A model generated the notes under the pieces. That model was not told the origin of the DNA, did no database searches, and saw nothing but the letters and a program-made list of their open reading frames with translations. Source: an uncultured Chloroflexia bacterium (GTDB taxonomy: Bacteria; Chloroflexota; Anaerolineae; CG2-30-64-16). From it: 64,000 nt of DNA. The translations under genes were made by a program, and so were the position numbers. Below, one piece after another: positions 62,150 to 64,000 of the stretch. Numbering within the stretch: position 1 is the stretch's first letter; each line of letters opens with the position of its first letter. The stretch is taken from NCBI GenBank assembly GCA_963774265.1, contig CAVZDU010000002.1, forward strand, positions 160,001-224,000, read 5' to 3'.

Positions 62150-64000
62150 ATGGTTTTGAGCACGGAGGCGCACAGGCCGTTCGGTCTCTCCGTGGACGCC
62201 CACGATTCGGTGGTTCAAACCGCCCTGGCCCGTGCTCCCAGTCCTGAACGCGCGCGGGTCAACTTCGACCGGCTGCTCGCCGTCGCCGACGATCCACCCG
62301 AACTCCTCCAGAACCTGACCGACGATCCCCATACCCTTGAAACGCTCATTGCCCTGTTGACCGGCTCTCAATATCTTACGGAAATCCTCCTCCGAAACCC
62401 CGGTTATATCGTGCTGTTGTCCCAGCACAGCGGCCTCGCGCAAATAAAGTCTGCTGGCTGGCTACGCGGCAGAAGCGCGAAATGCGACGGATCCATGGCT
62501 GACCGATAGAGACGGAGATGCGGCCGCGCTGGATGCCCTGCGACGGTACCAACAGCGCGAAATGCTCCGTATCGGCGCTGCGGATCTCGCGGGTCTGATC
62601 GAACTGGGATCGGTCACTCGGCAACTCTCACACCTGGCAGACAGTGTGCTCCAAACAGCGCTCGAAATCGTTGCGGGCCAGCTCGATATCTCGCCATCCG
62701 GTTTCGCAGTAGTAGCAATGGGCAAACTGGGCGGCGAGGAGCTCAACTACAGCTCCGACATTGACCTGCTTTTCCTGTGCCAGGACAATGGCGAGGAACA
62801 GGCCGAAGAGCGGCACAAGTTCGGAGAGCGCCTGATCAAGGCACTGACCGAGCCAACGAGCGAGGGCTTTCTCTATCGCGTCGATATGCGCCTGCGGCCC
62901 TGGGGTCGAGTGGGACCGCTGGCGCCTACAGTGGCAGGTTACCTGAGGTATCTCCAAGAGCATGCCCGGCTGTGGGAAAAACAGGCGCTTCTTCGCGGTC
63001 GTCCTGCTGCCGGCGACGTAGGTCTTGGTCATGCGTTCCTCAGCCAAGTCGAACCGCTCCTCTTCGCCGCTGGCCCCGAGGCCGTGCGTCGCGAGGTCCA
63101 TGCGATGAAGCAGCAGACCGAGGCATATCTTCGGCTGGCCGGACGCACTTGGGGCGAGGTGAAGCTGGGCGAGGGCTCCATTCGGGATGCGGAGTTTATC
63201 GTGCAGTACCTCCAGTTGGCGCATGGTGACCGGGATGAAACATTGCGCACAGGCAACACAGTGGAAGCCATGACGCGACTGGCAGAGCGCCGGCTCCTCA
63301 CGCTCGGCGAGCATCGCATCCTGGCAGAGGGCTACACCTTTCTGCGCACCGTCGAACACTACCTGCAAATACTTGAATACCGCCAGACCCATACCCTGCC
63401 TCCGAATCCTGCCGACTTGCGCTACCTGGCACGGCGTTTGGGCTATGCGGGTCCCAACGCAGCCGCCGAATTCGTCGCCCGGTACGAGCAGCACACCTCG
63501 GCCGTGCGCGCAGTCTATCTGCGCCACCTGGCAGGCATGAGTGAATCCGGGCCTGAACCATTTCATGACATTACGACCCTCACCGACGAGGATTTGAACG
63601 CTGGAGGCATAGCGATGATGCTAGAACATAAAGACGCGCCTTCCGCTGCCGCACGACAGCACATGGCCCGCCTGGTCCCCTCCTACGCGGCCACCTTTGA
63701 CCCTATCGAGATCGAACGCCATGCGATCATGGCCGCTCGTCTCGATCCGGAACATCCGGTTATAGTTGATGCGGCTCCCCTCGAAAACGGAAAAACGCGG
63801 GTGACGATTGTCGGCTATGATTACCTGGGCGAGTTGTCGCTGATTTGCGGATTGATGTTCGCCTATGGTTTCAGCATCATCGATGGTTATGTCTACACCT
63901 ATGAGCATACTAGCGAGACTCAGGGTCAACGCAAGATCGTGGACGTTTTCACGGTCGAGCCGGTCCGCGCGGCGCCTGGAGCGCTCGTGTGGCACGAGTA
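62150..64000 (+). CDS. glnE: Glutamine synthetase adenylyltransferase (partial; apparent frameshift ~62468) with an ACT-like domain
   Basis: After the shift: LRRYQQREMLRIG, AMGKLGGEELNYSSDIDL, YRVDMRLRPWG, VKLGEGSIRDAEF. The frame stays open to the window end. Confidence 0.88.

Overview
GC-rich bacterial chromosomal window made mostly of housekeeping genes; the gene content is consistent with Chloroflexota (Anaerolineae/Caldilineae-like), which is an inference. In order it holds: the 3' end of truB, a RibF-archease fusion, thyA, era, pckG, mdh, ligA, dinB, trmI, a peptide ABC transporter, tRNA-Glu(CTC), a ParB-like/histidine phosphatase/DUF3090/SCO1664 operon, arfB, tyrS, a DeoR-linked fused-E1/E2 dehydrogenase operon, an AlkZ-like gene, mscL, a PHP-AlbA_2 fusion, lon, hsp20, a probable 6S RNA, aspS, a 1785-bp IS481-like element with an 8-bp target duplication, mscS, a LysM L,D-transpeptidase, a ccmH-ccmG-ccmF cluster flanked by zinc-ribbon genes, and the start of glnE. 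About nine single-base frameshifts in unrelated genes, two of them in tyrS, point to assembly indel errors. Best leads: (1) the RibF-archease fusion downstream of truB; (2) the PHP + degenerate Schlafen/AlbA_2 protein with an RNase-E-like basic tail; (3) the IS481-like element, inserted next to a mimic of its own end and encoding three C-terminal repeat modules; (4) the structured tyrS leader. All family calls come from motif recognition; no database search was run.
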